Shown: piece after piece, positions 52,320 to 61,834 of the stretch
Numbering within the stretch: the first letter of the stretch is position 1
Layout: the number at the start of each line of letters is the position of its first letter
Source: Candidatus Omnitrophota bacterium
Lineage (GTDB): Bacteria > Omnitrophota > Gorgyraeia > Gorgyraeales > Gorgyraeaceae
NCBI GenBank assembly: GCA_042570105.1
Contig: JBHPHW010000001.1
Coordinates: forward strand, 19,932 to 83,931
Length of the DNA stretch: 64,000 nucleotides
Direction of reading: 5' to 3'
The notes under the pieces: generated by a model
The model's input: only the letters and a program-made list of their open reading frames with translations
What the model was told of the DNA's origin: nothing
Database searches by the model: none
Program-made: the position numbers and the translations under genes

Positions 52320-53939
52320 ATGAAGTTACAGGGGGTAGAGGGTAGAAGTCAGCGGGGTAATATGCGTAAGATTAAGAGGGCGCTTGTAAGTGTATCTGAT
52401 AAAAGCGGATTAGAAGAGTTTACTAAAGGCCTTAATGAGCTGGGGGTAGAGATACTATCCACGGGCGGTACTGCAAAACTTATAAGTAGCCTCGGAATAC
52501 CTGTTAGGCGCGTAGCAGACTATACTGGTTTTCCAGAGATGCTGGATGGTAGAGTAAAGACGCTGCATCCAAAGATCCACGGAGGCCTGCTGGCCCTTCG
52601 TGAAGATGAAGACCATATGAAGCAGGTCAAGGAACACGATATAGAATTGATCGATATGGTCGTTATCAATCTATATCCATTTGAAAAAACAGTGGCGAAG
52701 AAAGGGGTCAGACTCGAAGAGGCCATTGAAAATATAGATATAGGTGGTCCAAGCATGCTGCGTTCGGCAGCAAAGAATTATAAAGATGTTGTAGTTGTGT
52801 GTAATCCCAGTCGGTATAAAGAGGTATTGGAGGAATTGAAGAAAAATAAAGGAGTTCTATCAGACAAGTTGCATTTTAGGTTAGCTCTAGAGGTGTTTAG
52901 TAAGACTTCAAGCTATGACAATGCTATATATGAATATCTCAAAGGATGTTTAGATGCTGAAGGCCAGATACCGAAGAGCGAAGAGTCTGGATTTCCAGAA
53001 GCAGTAGATCTAAAATTTAGCAAGGTGCAAGGCTTGAGATATGGGGAAAATCCGCACCAAAAGGCAGGTTTTTATAAGGATAAGAGTATAAATGTAGTCG
53101 GGATAGCAAATGCCAGGCAATTGCATGGAAAAGAACTTTCCTTTAATAACATCATAGACCTTGATGCAGCCCTTGAAATAGTAAAACAGTTTAAAGGGCC
53201 GGCAGCGAGTGTGATCAAGCACACGAATCCATGTGGAGCAGCTCAGGATGAAGATCTAGGAAAGGCCTATATTAATGCGTTGGATTGTGATAGGACTTCA
53301 GCTTTTGGAAGCATTGTCGGGCTCAATAGAAAGGTAGACGCAGGGACTGCAGAGGCAATAGCCTCGGCAGGTTTTACTGAATGCGTCATTGCTCCCGGAT
53401 ATAACGAAGATGCCCTGAAGATTTTTAAAGGGAAAAAGAATCTGAGATTGATAGAAGTAGGAGATTTAAAAGGCGTGGAAAAAGACTATGATCTAAAAAA
53501 GGTTGTGGGAGGTATCCTGGTTCAGGATAGAGATATCCTGGATATAGGAGAAAAAGATCTGAGGGTAGCCACTAAGAAGAAGCCAACGGAAAAGGAGATG
53601 AAGTCTCTCCTTTTTGGCTGGAAGATAGTAAAGCATGTCCGCTCTAATGCAATAGTATTGTGTCAAGGTACCAAGACAGTTGGCATTGGCGCGGGTCAGA
53701 TGTCGAGAGTGGATTCGATGATAATAGCCATAAGAAAATCAGGAGGCCGCTCTAAAGGAGCTACATGCGCAAGCGATGCATTTTTCCCCAAAGAGGATGC
53801 TATAGAAGAGGCAAAGAAAGCAGGCATAACCAGTATAATACAACCTGGCGGTTCTATACGTGATGAAGATGTTATAAAGGCGTGTGACGAAGCTGGTATA
53901 AGTATGGTTTTTACCGGCGCCAGGCATTTTAAGCATTGA
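52320..53939 (+). CDS. purH: Bifunctional AICAR transformylase / IMP cyclohydrolase PurH (possible N-terminal extension; alternative start at Met15).
   Basis: ALVSVSDKSGLEEFTKGLNELGVEILSTGGTAKLI (MGS-like IMPCH domain), KTLHPKIHGGLLA, C-terminal AICARFT domain. Strong RBS aggagg upstream of 52320. Confidence 0.9.
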   Translation: MKLQGVEGRSQRGNMRKIKRALVSVSDKSGLEEFTKGLNELGVEILSTGGTAKLISSLGIPVRRVADYTGFPEMLDGRVKTLHPKIHGGLLALREDEDHMKQVKEHDIELIDMVVINLYPFEKTVAKKGVRLEEAIENIDIGGPSMLRSAAKNYKDVVVVCNPSRYKEVLEELKKNKGVLSDKLHFRLALEVFSKTSSYDNAIYEYLKGCLDAEGQIPKSEESGFPEAVDLKFSKVQGLRYGENPHQKAGFYKDKSINVVGIANARQLHGKELSFNNIIDLDAALEIVKQFKGPAASVIKHTNPCGAAQDEDLGKAYINALDCDRTSAFGSIVGLNRKVDAGTAEAIASAGFTECVIAPGYNEDALKIFKGKKNLRLIEVGDLKGVEKDYDLKKVVGGILVQDRDILDIGEKDLRVATKKKPTEKEMKSLLFGWKIVKHVRSNAIVLCQGTKTVGIGAGQMSRVDSMIIAIRKSGGRSKGATCASDAFFPKEDAIEEAKKAGITSIIQPGGSIRDEDVIKACDEAGISMVFTGARHFKH

Positions 53940-53943
53940 GATA

Positions 53944-55308
53944 ATGGATTACAATACTACACTTAACTACATAGATTCCTTCGTAAATTTTGAAGATATA
54001 CCAAGGTATGATTATGCCTCCAGTTTTAGACTGGAGAGGATGCATAGCTTTTTGCAGGAATTAGGGGATCCTCACAAAGTTCTTCGCGTAATACACATAG
54101 CGGGCTCTAAAGGCAAAGGCTCTACTTGCAGCATAATCGCTTCTATTTTAAGACAAGCTGGATATCGTGTGGGATTATATACTTCGCCGCATCTTTTAGA
54201 TGTGAGGGAGAGGATCAGGGTTTTGGTTAGAGGTCCCAGGTGGGAGACCGAGCGCTCAGGGGAATTTGAAGGCGTTATAAAAAAGGATGAGTTTATTAAA
54301 TTGATCGAGAAGATAAAGCCAGTTGCTGAAAGATTTAGAGACCATAAAGAGTTAGGCAGATTATCGTTTTTTGAAATCCTTACGGCCAGCGCTTTTTTGT
54401 ATTTTAAAGAAAAAAAAGTCGATGTCAGTGTTATGGAAACAGGCCTTGGGGGAAGACTTGATGCTACAAATGTCACAGAACCTATTGTATGCGGAATAAC
54501 GAATATCAGCCTGGAGCATACTGATAAATTGGGCGATTCCTTGGAGTCTATAGCTAAAGAGAAGGCAGGGATTATAAAGGCTCACGGTATTATGGTTTCT
54601 AGCGCACAAGAAAAAGTAGTAAGGGATGTTATAAGGGATGTATGTAAAGAAAAAAAGGTGCGATTATATGAAATTGGGAAGGATGTGAGGTATAAGATCA
54701 TTGAGTCGGATATAGATAAAGAGATTTTTGATATCAAAGGGCCTGACTTTTCATGTAACGATTTAGAGATAAATTTGATCGGTGAACATCAGGCAGAAAA
54801 TGCAACTCTTGGTGTAGCTATAACAAAACTTATAGATAAGGGTATACTCAGGATAGATGAAGAAGATATAAGAGCGGGTATAAAAAATGTTTTTTGGCCT
54901 GGCAGACTGCAGGTTATCCGTTACAATCCCTATATAATCCTAGATGGGGCCCATAATGTATCAAGCATAAGAGTAGTTTTAGCGTCAATAAAAAGGATAT
55001 TTAATTACAAGAGACTTATATGTATATTTGGCGCTTCAAGCGATAAAGATACTGAAGGCGTAAGTAAAGAATTGGAAGCGGCTTCTAGTATAGTGATTTT
55101 GACAAAGTCCAAGAATGTACGCGCAAAAGAAGTCTCTGATTTAAAAAAGAATTTTTCTATCGCTAGTCTCATAATAAGTAATAATGTAGAAAAGGCATTA
55201 AAACATGGGCTTGAGATATTGGATACCGAAGACCTGCTGTTAGTTACAGGATCCCTATTTGTCGTTGGTGAGGCAATGAAGGCATTAGAATACACATGGG
55301 TAGCATAA
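53944..55308 (+). CDS. folC: Folylpolyglutamate synthase / dihydrofolate synthase FolC.
   Basis: P-loop IHIAGSKGKGST; Mur-ligase-like middle domain ...DVSVMETGLGGRLDATNV...; C-terminal domain. Confidence 0.85.
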   Translation: MDYNTTLNYIDSFVNFEDIPRYDYASSFRLERMHSFLQELGDPHKVLRVIHIAGSKGKGSTCSIIASILRQAGYRVGLYTSPHLLDVRERIRVLVRGPRWETERSGEFEGVIKKDEFIKLIEKIKPVAERFRDHKELGRLSFFEILTASAFLYFKEKKVDVSVMETGLGGRLDATNVTEPIVCGITNISLEHTDKLGDSLESIAKEKAGIIKAHGIMVSSAQEKVVRDVIRDVCKEKKVRLYEIGKDVRYKIIESDIDKEIFDIKGPDFSCNDLEINLIGEHQAENATLGVAITKLIDKGILRIDEEDIRAGIKNVFWPGRLQVIRYNPYIILDGAHNVSSIRVVLASIKRIFNYKRLICIFGASSDKDTEGVSKELEAASSIVILTKSKNVRAKEVSDLKKNFSIASLIISNNVEKALKHGLEILDTEDLLLVTGSLFVVGEAMKALEYTWVA

Positions 55309-56693
55309 AGTTAGATGATACAATTGCGGCTGTTTCAACACCTGTGGGTGAAGGTGGGATAGGTATTGTTCGTCTGAGCGGCAAGGAATCACTCAAGATC
55401 GCAGATAAGATATTTGTATCAAAAAATGGTAAGAAGCCATCTGGTTTTAAGACCTATACAGTCCATTACGGACATATTATAGACAGAAGACAAAATGTAG
55501 TGGACGAAGTGATTTTAACCGTAATGCGCGCGCCAAAGAGTTACACAAAAGAAGATGTGGTCGAGATAAATTGCCATAACGGCATAGTGCCGCTCAGAAA
55601 GATTTTAGATCTTGTTTTGATGAATGGGGCCAGGCTTGCCGAACCAGGTGAATTTACAAAAAGGGCATTTTTGAATGGCAGGATCGATATACTACAGGCA
55701 GAATCAGTGTTGGACATAATCAAGGCAAAGACAGATTTGAGTTTAAAGGAGGCAGTAAATAATCTAGAAGGTTTGTTTTCAAAGAAGATCGGGTATATAA
55801 AAGATGAGTTAGTAGATATATTGGCGCACCTCGAGGCATCTATAGATTTTTCAGAGGAAGAGGACGTGGATACAGTAAGGAGAAAGGATATTCTTAATAG
55901 ACTCAAGGGGATCAAAAAAGAAATAGAGAAATTGATAAAGACTGCTCGCGAAGGAAAGATTTTGCGCCAGGGTATAAAGACAGTAATATGCGGAGGACCT
56001 AATGTGGGCAAGTCCAGTTTAATGAATGCCTTACTGAAGCAGTCTAGGTCTATTGTCACGCATATACCAGGCACCACCAGGGATACGGTGGAAGAGATTA
56101 TCAATATCAAAGGTATACCTATAGTCCTCATAGATACAGCTGGTATAAAGATGACCAGCCATCCTGTGGAAAAAGAAGGCGTGAGGAGAAGCCATTTCTC
56201 TATAGAGAAATCAGATTTAATCCTGCTTGTCCTGGATCATGGAAGAAAATTGAAAAAGAATGATATGGATACAATGCATAATATTAAAAACAGAAGTAAT
56301 GTGATTGTAGTCATCAATAAAAAGGATTTAAAGAGGCGTATAAATATTAACGTCGTCAGAAAATTTTTCCCACAGGCCTCTATAGTATATACTTCCGCAA
56401 TCGATCTATTAGGCATTGATAGATTGGAGAACACGATTCAAGACATTGTATTCAAAGGTAAGGCCCCAACAGCAGATTTTGCAAGTGTTTCTAATGATAG
56501 ACAGTTAGATATCTTACGCTGCTCATATGAGGATGTAAAAGAAGCGGAATCTTTTATGAGAGGGAAGCTTTCTATGGATTGCGTCAGCATATTTGTACGT
56601 TCATCTATTGAGAACATGAGCGAGATAATAGGTCACAGCATAACCGAAGAGGCGCTGGATAGAATATTTTCAGAGTTTTGTATTGGAAAATAA
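55296..56693 (+). CDS. mnmE: tRNA modification GTPase MnmE (TrmE).
   Basis: N-terminal DTIAAVSTPVGEGGIGIVRLSG. G-domain GGPNVGKSSLMNALL...DTAG. C-terminal CIGK (conserved C-x-G-K tail). Confidence 0.9.
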   Translation: MGSIKLDDTIAAVSTPVGEGGIGIVRLSGKESLKIADKIFVSKNGKKPSGFKTYTVHYGHIIDRRQNVVDEVILTVMRAPKSYTKEDVVEINCHNGIVPLRKILDLVLMNGARLAEPGEFTKRAFLNGRIDILQAESVLDIIKAKTDLSLKEAVNNLEGLFSKKIGYIKDELVDILAHLEASIDFSEEEDVDTVRRKDILNRLKGIKKEIEKLIKTAREGKILRQGIKTVICGGPNVGKSSLMNALLKQSRSIVTHIPGTTRDTVEEIINIKGIPIVLIDTAGIKMTSHPVEKEGVRRSHFSIEKSDLILLVLDHGRKLKKNDMDTMHNIKNRSNVIVVINKKDLKRRININVVRKFFPQASIVYTSAIDLLGIDRLENTIQDIVFKGKAPTADFASVSNDRQLDILRCSYEDVKEAESFMRGKLSMDCVSIFVRSSIENMSEIIGHSITEEALDRIFSEFCIGK

Positions 56694-56738
56694 GTTGGTG
56701 CTACGCACCAGTCGGTGGTACCATTGAAGGGGGGATGT

Positions 56739-57296
56739 ATGGATAAAAAAAAGATACAAAAAGCTATAAAATTGATTTTAGAGGCGATTGGAGAAAATCC
56801 TAACAGGGCAGATTTAAAAAAGACTCCCAAGAGGGTCAGTGATATGTATGAGGAGATATTCAGCGGTATTTCAAAGGACCCCTCCAAGGAAATAGAGGTG
56901 CTTCTGGCTGAGAAGCACAATGAGATAGTACTTTTAAAAGGCATACCCTTGTATTCAGTATGCGAACATCATCTCTTGCCATTTGTAGGTAAGGCCCACA
57001 TAGCGTATGTTCCTAAGAATAATAGAGTTACTGGATTAAGCAAATTGGCTAGGATAGTAGAGATCCTTTCTAAAAGACTGCAGGTTCAAGAAAGATTGAC
57101 TACTGAAATAGCTGAGGTAGTGATGAAAAGAGTTAAGCCTATGGGTGTTATGGTGATCATTGAGGCAGAACACCTTTGTATGAGTATGAGAGGGGTCAAG
57201 AAACCTGGCGTTTTAACAGTCACAAGCGCTGTCAGGGGACTTTTTAAGGAGAACTCAAAAACAAGGGCAGAAACAATGGCTTTAATAAAGGATTAA
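56739..57296 (+). CDS. folE: GTP cyclohydrolase I FolE (the track ORF starts at GTG 56715; ATG 56739 with RBS aaggggggat is the preferred start).
   Basis: [20 protein letters not shown] (canonical CEHH zinc motif) and QVQERLT. Confidence 0.9.
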   Translation: MDKKKIQKAIKLILEAIGENPNRADLKKTPKRVSDMYEEIFSGISKDPSKEIEVLLAEKHNEIVLLKGIPLYSVCEHHLLPFVGKAHIAYVPKNNRVTGLSKLARIVEILSKRLQVQERLTTEIAEVVMKRVKPMGVMVIIEAEHLCMSMRGVKKPGVLTVTSAVRGLFKENSKTRAETMALIKD

Positions 57297-57307
57297 AAGA
57301 AGAAATT

Positions 57308-57892
57308 ATGGAGGTTTTTATGAAAGGAAAATTTTATAGTATCTTGATTTTTTGTTTCATTTTTTCTTTTTTTATAGGATGTTCGTCCGCTAGCGATGAA
57401 GGTGATACTCGTATAGTCGCGGAGGTGAACAGATACGAGATGATGGTAAAGGATTTAGAATATGAATTAAAAAATGTACCTTTTGATGAAGTGGAGTTTT
57501 TAAAGACAGAAGATGGCAGGAAAGCATATATAGACAGATTGTTAGAAAAAGAGATCTTGCTTCAGGAGGCGCAGCGGCAGGGCCTTGATAGAGAAAAGGA
57601 TTTTATGAAGAGTATTGAAAATTATTGGGAACAGGCGCTTTTAAAGATTTTAGTTCAGAAAAAAAGCAAAGAGATCTCAAGCTCAACCCATGTATATAGT
57701 AATGAGATAGAAAAATATTATAAAAATTCTGGAGAAAAATTGCCGCTTTCAAAGGTGACTTCAGATATAAGGAGGCGCGTAAGACAGGAAAAAGAAAGGG
57801 AGGCAATGGAGAAATGGGTAAAGGACTTGAGAGAACGTTCCCACATAAAGATAAACGAAGGGCTTATCGAGGAGATTTTTTCCAGAGACTAA
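57308..57892 (+). CDS. Lipoprotein with SurA-N-terminal-like chaperone domain.
   Basis: Lipobox FIGC-SSA. Helical, charged sequence resembling the SurA N-terminal domain (YEMMVKDLEYELKN...KAYIDRLLEKEILLQEAQRQGL). Confidence 0.4.
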   Translation: MEVFMKGKFYSILIFCFIFSFFIGCSSASDEGDTRIVAEVNRYEMMVKDLEYELKNVPFDEVEFLKTEDGRKAYIDRLLEKEILLQEAQRQGLDREKDFMKSIENYWEQALLKILVQKKSKEISSSTHVYSNEIEKYYKNSGEKLPLSKVTSDIRRRVRQEKEREAMEKWVKDLRERSHIKINEGLIEEIFSRD

Positions 57893-57908
57893 AAAAGAGG
57901 GGGAGATC

Positions 57909-58505
57909 ATGAAAATAAAACGGAAAAATTATTTTATAAACAAGGCTTTTCAGGTAGAGTTTATGCTAAAATTTTGCGGTTTGGTTGCTTTTGGGTGCAT
58001 AATTTTCGGAATAATACTTTATGTGTTTTCAAGGGGCGCGCTTACTACATCTTTTGAGAATTCAAGATTGGTGGTAAAAAGCACAGCTAGTTATCTTATT
58101 CCCGGTTTATTATTCGGCGGCCTTATAGCCGGCTTAGTGACAGCAATAGCCTCATCCATCGTGGTGCTTTTTATGACACATAGAGTGGCAGGGCCTATGT
58201 ACAGATTCGAGAGATTTGCCCAGAAGATCGGTTCCGGCGAGCTTGGTTCAGATTTAAAGATTAGAAGAAGAGACCAATTTCAAAATATGGTAACCTCTTT
58301 TAACAGAATGACACACGATCTACGGCTAGGATTTTTAAAGATAATCGGGGTTTCGGAAAAACTAGGCAACTTAATAGATGAGCTATCCGACGGCGCAAAT
58401 AATGAACTGCTCTTAAAAGAAGACATAAAAAGGATAGTTTCTGAATTAAAAAAAGATAAACAGAATCTCAAAAAGGCCCTTTCGCATTTCAAGATTAATA
58501 GTTAA
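57909..58505 (+). CDS. Small two-TM membrane protein with a HAMP domain and no output domain.
   Basis: TM1 LVAFGCIIFGIILYVF and TM2 LLFGGLIAGLVTAIASSIVVLF. Then HAMP-like RVAGPMYRFERFAQKIGSGELGSDLKIRRRDQFQNMVTSFNRMTHDL. Confidence 0.5.
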   Translation: MKIKRKNYFINKAFQVEFMLKFCGLVAFGCIIFGIILYVFSRGALTTSFENSRLVVKSTASYLIPGLLFGGLIAGLVTAIASSIVVLFMTHRVAGPMYRFERFAQKIGSGELGSDLKIRRRDQFQNMVTSFNRMTHDLRLGFLKIIGVSEKLGNLIDELSDGANNELLLKEDIKRIVSELKKDKQNLKKALSHFKINS

Positions 58506-58508
58506 ATA

Positions 58509-59072
58509 ATGATAGCTAAAATAGTTTTTGGTCTATTGATAATGATATGTTTAGTATATAGTGGTCCTCACGATGTATATTCGCAAGAGGAAGAGGGGGG
58601 CATATTCTCAACCAGATTTTGCACTGTCTTTTATGAAGAAGGAGTCGAATTGGCTTTAGTCAATAGGCTCATCAATTTAAACTTTTCTGATTTTTACAAT
58701 CCGAGAGGATTTAGAGAAGATGTAGATTTAAGGGTAGAGGAGATCTTATCAGAAAAATTTGATGCGATCTTCAGTAGGGCTGAGGATATCCTGGACATGT
58801 TCCCTCCTAAAATACATGTAAGGATCAATATCTATAGAGCGAGGGAAGGATTGGATGCGGCATACGAGGAGATCTTTGATGCGCCAAATGAAGCGGTTTC
58901 TTTTTATATCTATAAGACAAATACCATTTATATGACCCAGGACGCTATAAGCGAAGACATACTTGCGCATGAAATAGCGCATTGCATAATAGATCACTAT
59001 TTTGTTATCCTGCCTCCGAGGAAGATCCAGGAAATGTTGGCAGCATATGTAGATGTGCATTTAGAGGATTAA
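58509..59072 (+). CDS. Small secreted protein with HExxH motif (putative minimal zinc metallopeptidase-like protein).
   Basis: Signal peptide IVFGLLIMICLVYSG; HEIAHCIIDH near the C-terminus. Confidence 0.35.
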   Translation: MIAKIVFGLLIMICLVYSGPHDVYSQEEEGGIFSTRFCTVFYEEGVELALVNRLINLNFSDFYNPRGFREDVDLRVEEILSEKFDAIFSRAEDILDMFPPKIHVRINIYRAREGLDAAYEEIFDAPNEAVSFYIYKTNTIYMTQDAISEDILAHEIAHCIIDHYFVILPPRKIQEMLAAYVDVHLED

Positions 59073-59088
59073 AACAAATTTACCCTTC

Positions 59089-59117
59089 TTGAAGTATGTT
59101 ATATAGTATGATAAAAT
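59089..59117 (+). promoter_or_regulatory. Candidate sigma70 promoter (-35 TTGAAG, 17-bp spacer, extended -10 TGaTAAAAT) whose predicted TSS falls at or within a few nt of the ATG of the sensor kinase gene (possible leaderless mRNA).
   Basis: Read directly: cttgaagtatgttatatagtatgataaaatccttcttATGcgt. Confidence 0.3.
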
Positions 59118-59124
59118 CCTTCTT

Positions 59125-61791
59125 ATGCGTATAAGTAGAAAGATCGGGCTTAGTTTTTTTATAACCTTCCTTTTAGTCATACTTCTCGGTATATTTTCCA
59201 TCTATAGTCTGAGGCATATATATAGAGGCCTGAGTCAGGTGTTTGCGAAAGACTTGCCAGCTTCCCGTTCTGTCCACCAGATCGCTATTTCTATGGAGAA
59301 ACTCCTTTCTGAATTAAATAATTTTCTAGTAACGGATAATGAAAATTTTAAGGTAAGCTTTGAGCGCTCGTATAAAAAAATGCAGGATGATATTTCAGAC
59401 CTTAAAAGATTTATTGTCAAAGAAGAGGAAAAGGTCCTTTTTGGACAAGTAGAAGATTTAACCGGGGATATAAATAAAGTCAGCGGGAGTATATTTGAAA
59501 AGAAGATCAAGATAAAGGCTTTATTTAAAGACATAAGGGCAGTAGAAAAAGAATACAGGCTGAGATTAGATAAGCTCTTTGACTCTGAAGAATCTAAGAT
59601 GTTAGATGAAAAAGATCTCTTGTTGATACAGGCGCAATACATCCCCTCTTCAGCGCTTATAATGGAGGCAGAACTAAGATTTTCAAATTTGCTTGATGAG
59701 ATTGTCGAACATGTAATCAAAGACGAGGATGTATCGGCATCTTTTATGAATGAGATCTCAGCGCTTGATAGGTCTATCAGCGATTATAAAAATTACCATG
59801 GCTATTTTCTTTCTGATAAAGAACGTTCTTTAGCGAGCGAGCTCATAGATTTATCTAGTAAAGTAAAATCTATCATTAACTCCATAGTCGATGTAAAAAG
59901 GGAGATAAAGACTCATTTAGCCGCGCTTTTAGGTAAAGAAAAAGAATTTATGGAAAGCATAGATAGATTGATTTCCCTCAAAAAAAGCGGGATCTCTTCT
60001 AAATTGGGAGTGGGGGCAGCCCTTACAGAAGATATACCAGCAATACACAATATCTCTAAAATGGAAAAGGATATGGTAGAATCCTGGAGACTCAGCGGCA
60101 AGTACATATTAACGGGGGATGAGTCTTACAAAAATCTATATTATCAGCTAAGGCAGAATATTGATAAAGAACTTAAGGATTATGGAAGGCACGCACGACT
60201 CAGGGGTACAGAGAAATTCTTAGAAGATATCGTAGGATCTGATGATACTATTTTAGAAGCGATAAATTCCAATCTCAAGATGTTCGACAAAAAAGAGACA
60301 GATCTAACTGATTTGGTTTCAGTGAGAACGGGGCTCGAGAAGAAGATCGACGGATTACTGCAACACAAAGACTCTCTTATAAAGAAAGCGCAGGATCCAG
60401 ATAAGGTTTTGAATGATACTGTGCCTGCGAGATGGATACTGATGGAGCTAAGAAATGAACTTTCTGAGGCATATAGGCTTACTATAAATTATTTGAATGA
60501 ACAGGAGCCGCAGTACAAGGATATCTACTCAGAGGTATATTTTAATATGAAAAAATATGTAAATAGATACAGAAATCTTTCTTCCTCGGATAGAGATTCA
60601 GTATTTATAAAAGAAGTAGAGTTCGACCTAGATAGATTTAACAAAGCTATTTTGACTGTCATAGATAGTCATGATAGTATCATGAAAGAAAGGGGATGGA
60701 CACTTGTAAAGCTGGAGGAGGATTTAAAGGAAGGATTGGACAGGGCAGTGGAAGTCGAGCTTTCTCAGATAGAGAAGAACAAGATAGATCTGAAAAATAG
60801 AATAGCAGTGATTAACGCCTTGATATTTCTTATAATAGGAGTAGTCGCCTTAATCGCGGTGTTTATTATCTTTTATACTACAAATTCTATAACGAATCCT
60901 ATTCAGAAACTTTACAATGGGGCTGAAATAATAGGAGGGGGTAATTTAGATTATAGGTTAGATATAAAAACAGGCGATGAAATACAAGATCTTGCAGAAG
61001 GATTTAACAGGATGGCAGGAGAGCTTAAGGAACTTTATACGAACCTTGAGAATAAGGTTAGAGAAAGGACTGCCCAGCTTGGTGAGGCAAACAAGGCGCT
61101 GGCTTCAAAGAATAAAGAGCTGGATGATTTTACATATATTGTGTCTCACGACTTAAAAGAACCGCTGCGGGGCACCAAGGCATTTACAAAAATGTTGATG
61201 GAGGATTATTCGAACAAACTGGATAAAGAAGGCAAGGAGCACCTTAAGACCATATCGGATTCTAGCATAAGAATGGCACGTCTTATCGAAGATCTTTTGA
61301 ACCTGTCGCGCATAGGAAGGATTAAAAATATTAAACGAGATATAGATCTAAATGAACTTCTTTCAGATGTGAAGAAGAATCTGGTATATTCATTGGAGGA
61401 AAGGAATGTGGATCTAAAAGTTATGGAAAACCTTCCAACGCTCACGTGTGATAATATAAGGATATCGGAGGTATTTTCAAATCTCATTTCAAATGCCATT
61501 AAATATTCAAAAAAGGATATAAGGCCTGTTATTGAGATCGGATATAGAGATAAAGGGGATTTCTATGAGTTTTACGTAAAGGATAACGGTATCGGTATAG
61601 ACGAGGAATATTATGATAAGGTCTTCCAGATATTTCAGCGGCTCCATGCTAAAGGAGAGTACGAAGGTACTGGGGCAGGCCTTACAATTGTCAAAAAGAT
61701 TATAGAAAATCACAGCGGCAAGATCTGGGTTACATCAGAAGTTGGTGCCGGCAGCACGTTTTATTTTACGTTACCAAAGAGCAGTGTCTGA
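59125..61791 (+). CDS. Sensor histidine kinase with a large (about 550 aa) extracytoplasmic helical sensor domain, HAMP, HisKA and HATPase_c.
   Basis: TM1 GLSFFITFLLVILLGIFSIYSL. TM2 IAVINALIFLIIGVVALIAVFIIFY. HAMP NPIQKLYNGAEIIGGGNLDYRLDIKTGDEIQDLAEGFNRMAGEL. H-box YIVSHDLKEPLRG. N/G1/G2 boxes (NLISNAIKYS, DNGIGID, GTGAGL). Confidence 0.85.
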   Translation: MRISRKIGLSFFITFLLVILLGIFSIYSLRHIYRGLSQVFAKDLPASRSVHQIAISMEKLLSELNNFLVTDNENFKVSFERSYKKMQDDISDLKRFIVKEEEKVLFGQVEDLTGDINKVSGSIFEKKIKIKALFKDIRAVEKEYRLRLDKLFDSEESKMLDEKDLLLIQAQYIPSSALIMEAELRFSNLLDEIVEHVIKDEDVSASFMNEISALDRSISDYKNYHGYFLSDKERSLASELIDLSSKVKSIINSIVDVKREIKTHLAALLGKEKEFMESIDRLISLKKSGISSKLGVGAALTEDIPAIHNISKMEKDMVESWRLSGKYILTGDESYKNLYYQLRQNIDKELKDYGRHARLRGTEKFLEDIVGSDDTILEAINSNLKMFDKKETDLTDLVSVRTGLEKKIDGLLQHKDSLIKKAQDPDKVLNDTVPARWILMELRNELSEAYRLTINYLNEQEPQYKDIYSEVYFNMKKYVNRYRNLSSSDRDSVFIKEVEFDLDRFNKAILTVIDSHDSIMKERGWTLVKLEEDLKEGLDRAVEVELSQIEKNKIDLKNRIAVINALIFLIIGVVALIAVFIIFYTTNSITNPIQKLYNGAEIIGGGNLDYRLDIKTGDEIQDLAEGFNRMAGELKELYTNLENKVRERTAQLGEANKALASKNKELDDFTYIVSHDLKEPLRGTKAFTKMLMEDYSNKLDKEGKEHLKTISDSSIRMARLIEDLLNLSRIGRIKNIKRDIDLNELLSDVKKNLVYSLEERNVDLKVMENLPTLTCDNIRISEVFSNLISNAIKYSKKDIRPVIEIGYRDKGDFYEFYVKDNGIGIDEEYYDKVFQIFQRLHAKGEYEGTGAGLTIVKKIIENHSGKIWVTSEVGAGSTFYFTLPKSSV

Positions 61792-61834
61792 GGCTAAGCC
61801 CTCGAAACACTAGGGCCTAGAGCTAGCGGGAGAG

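Noticed and set aside
52320-52361. Calling purH start at internal Met15 instead of 52320
   Set aside because: The upstream ATG has a much better SD (aggagg, 9-10 nt). The 14-aa extension is unusual but harmless, so I kept the track start and noted the alternative.
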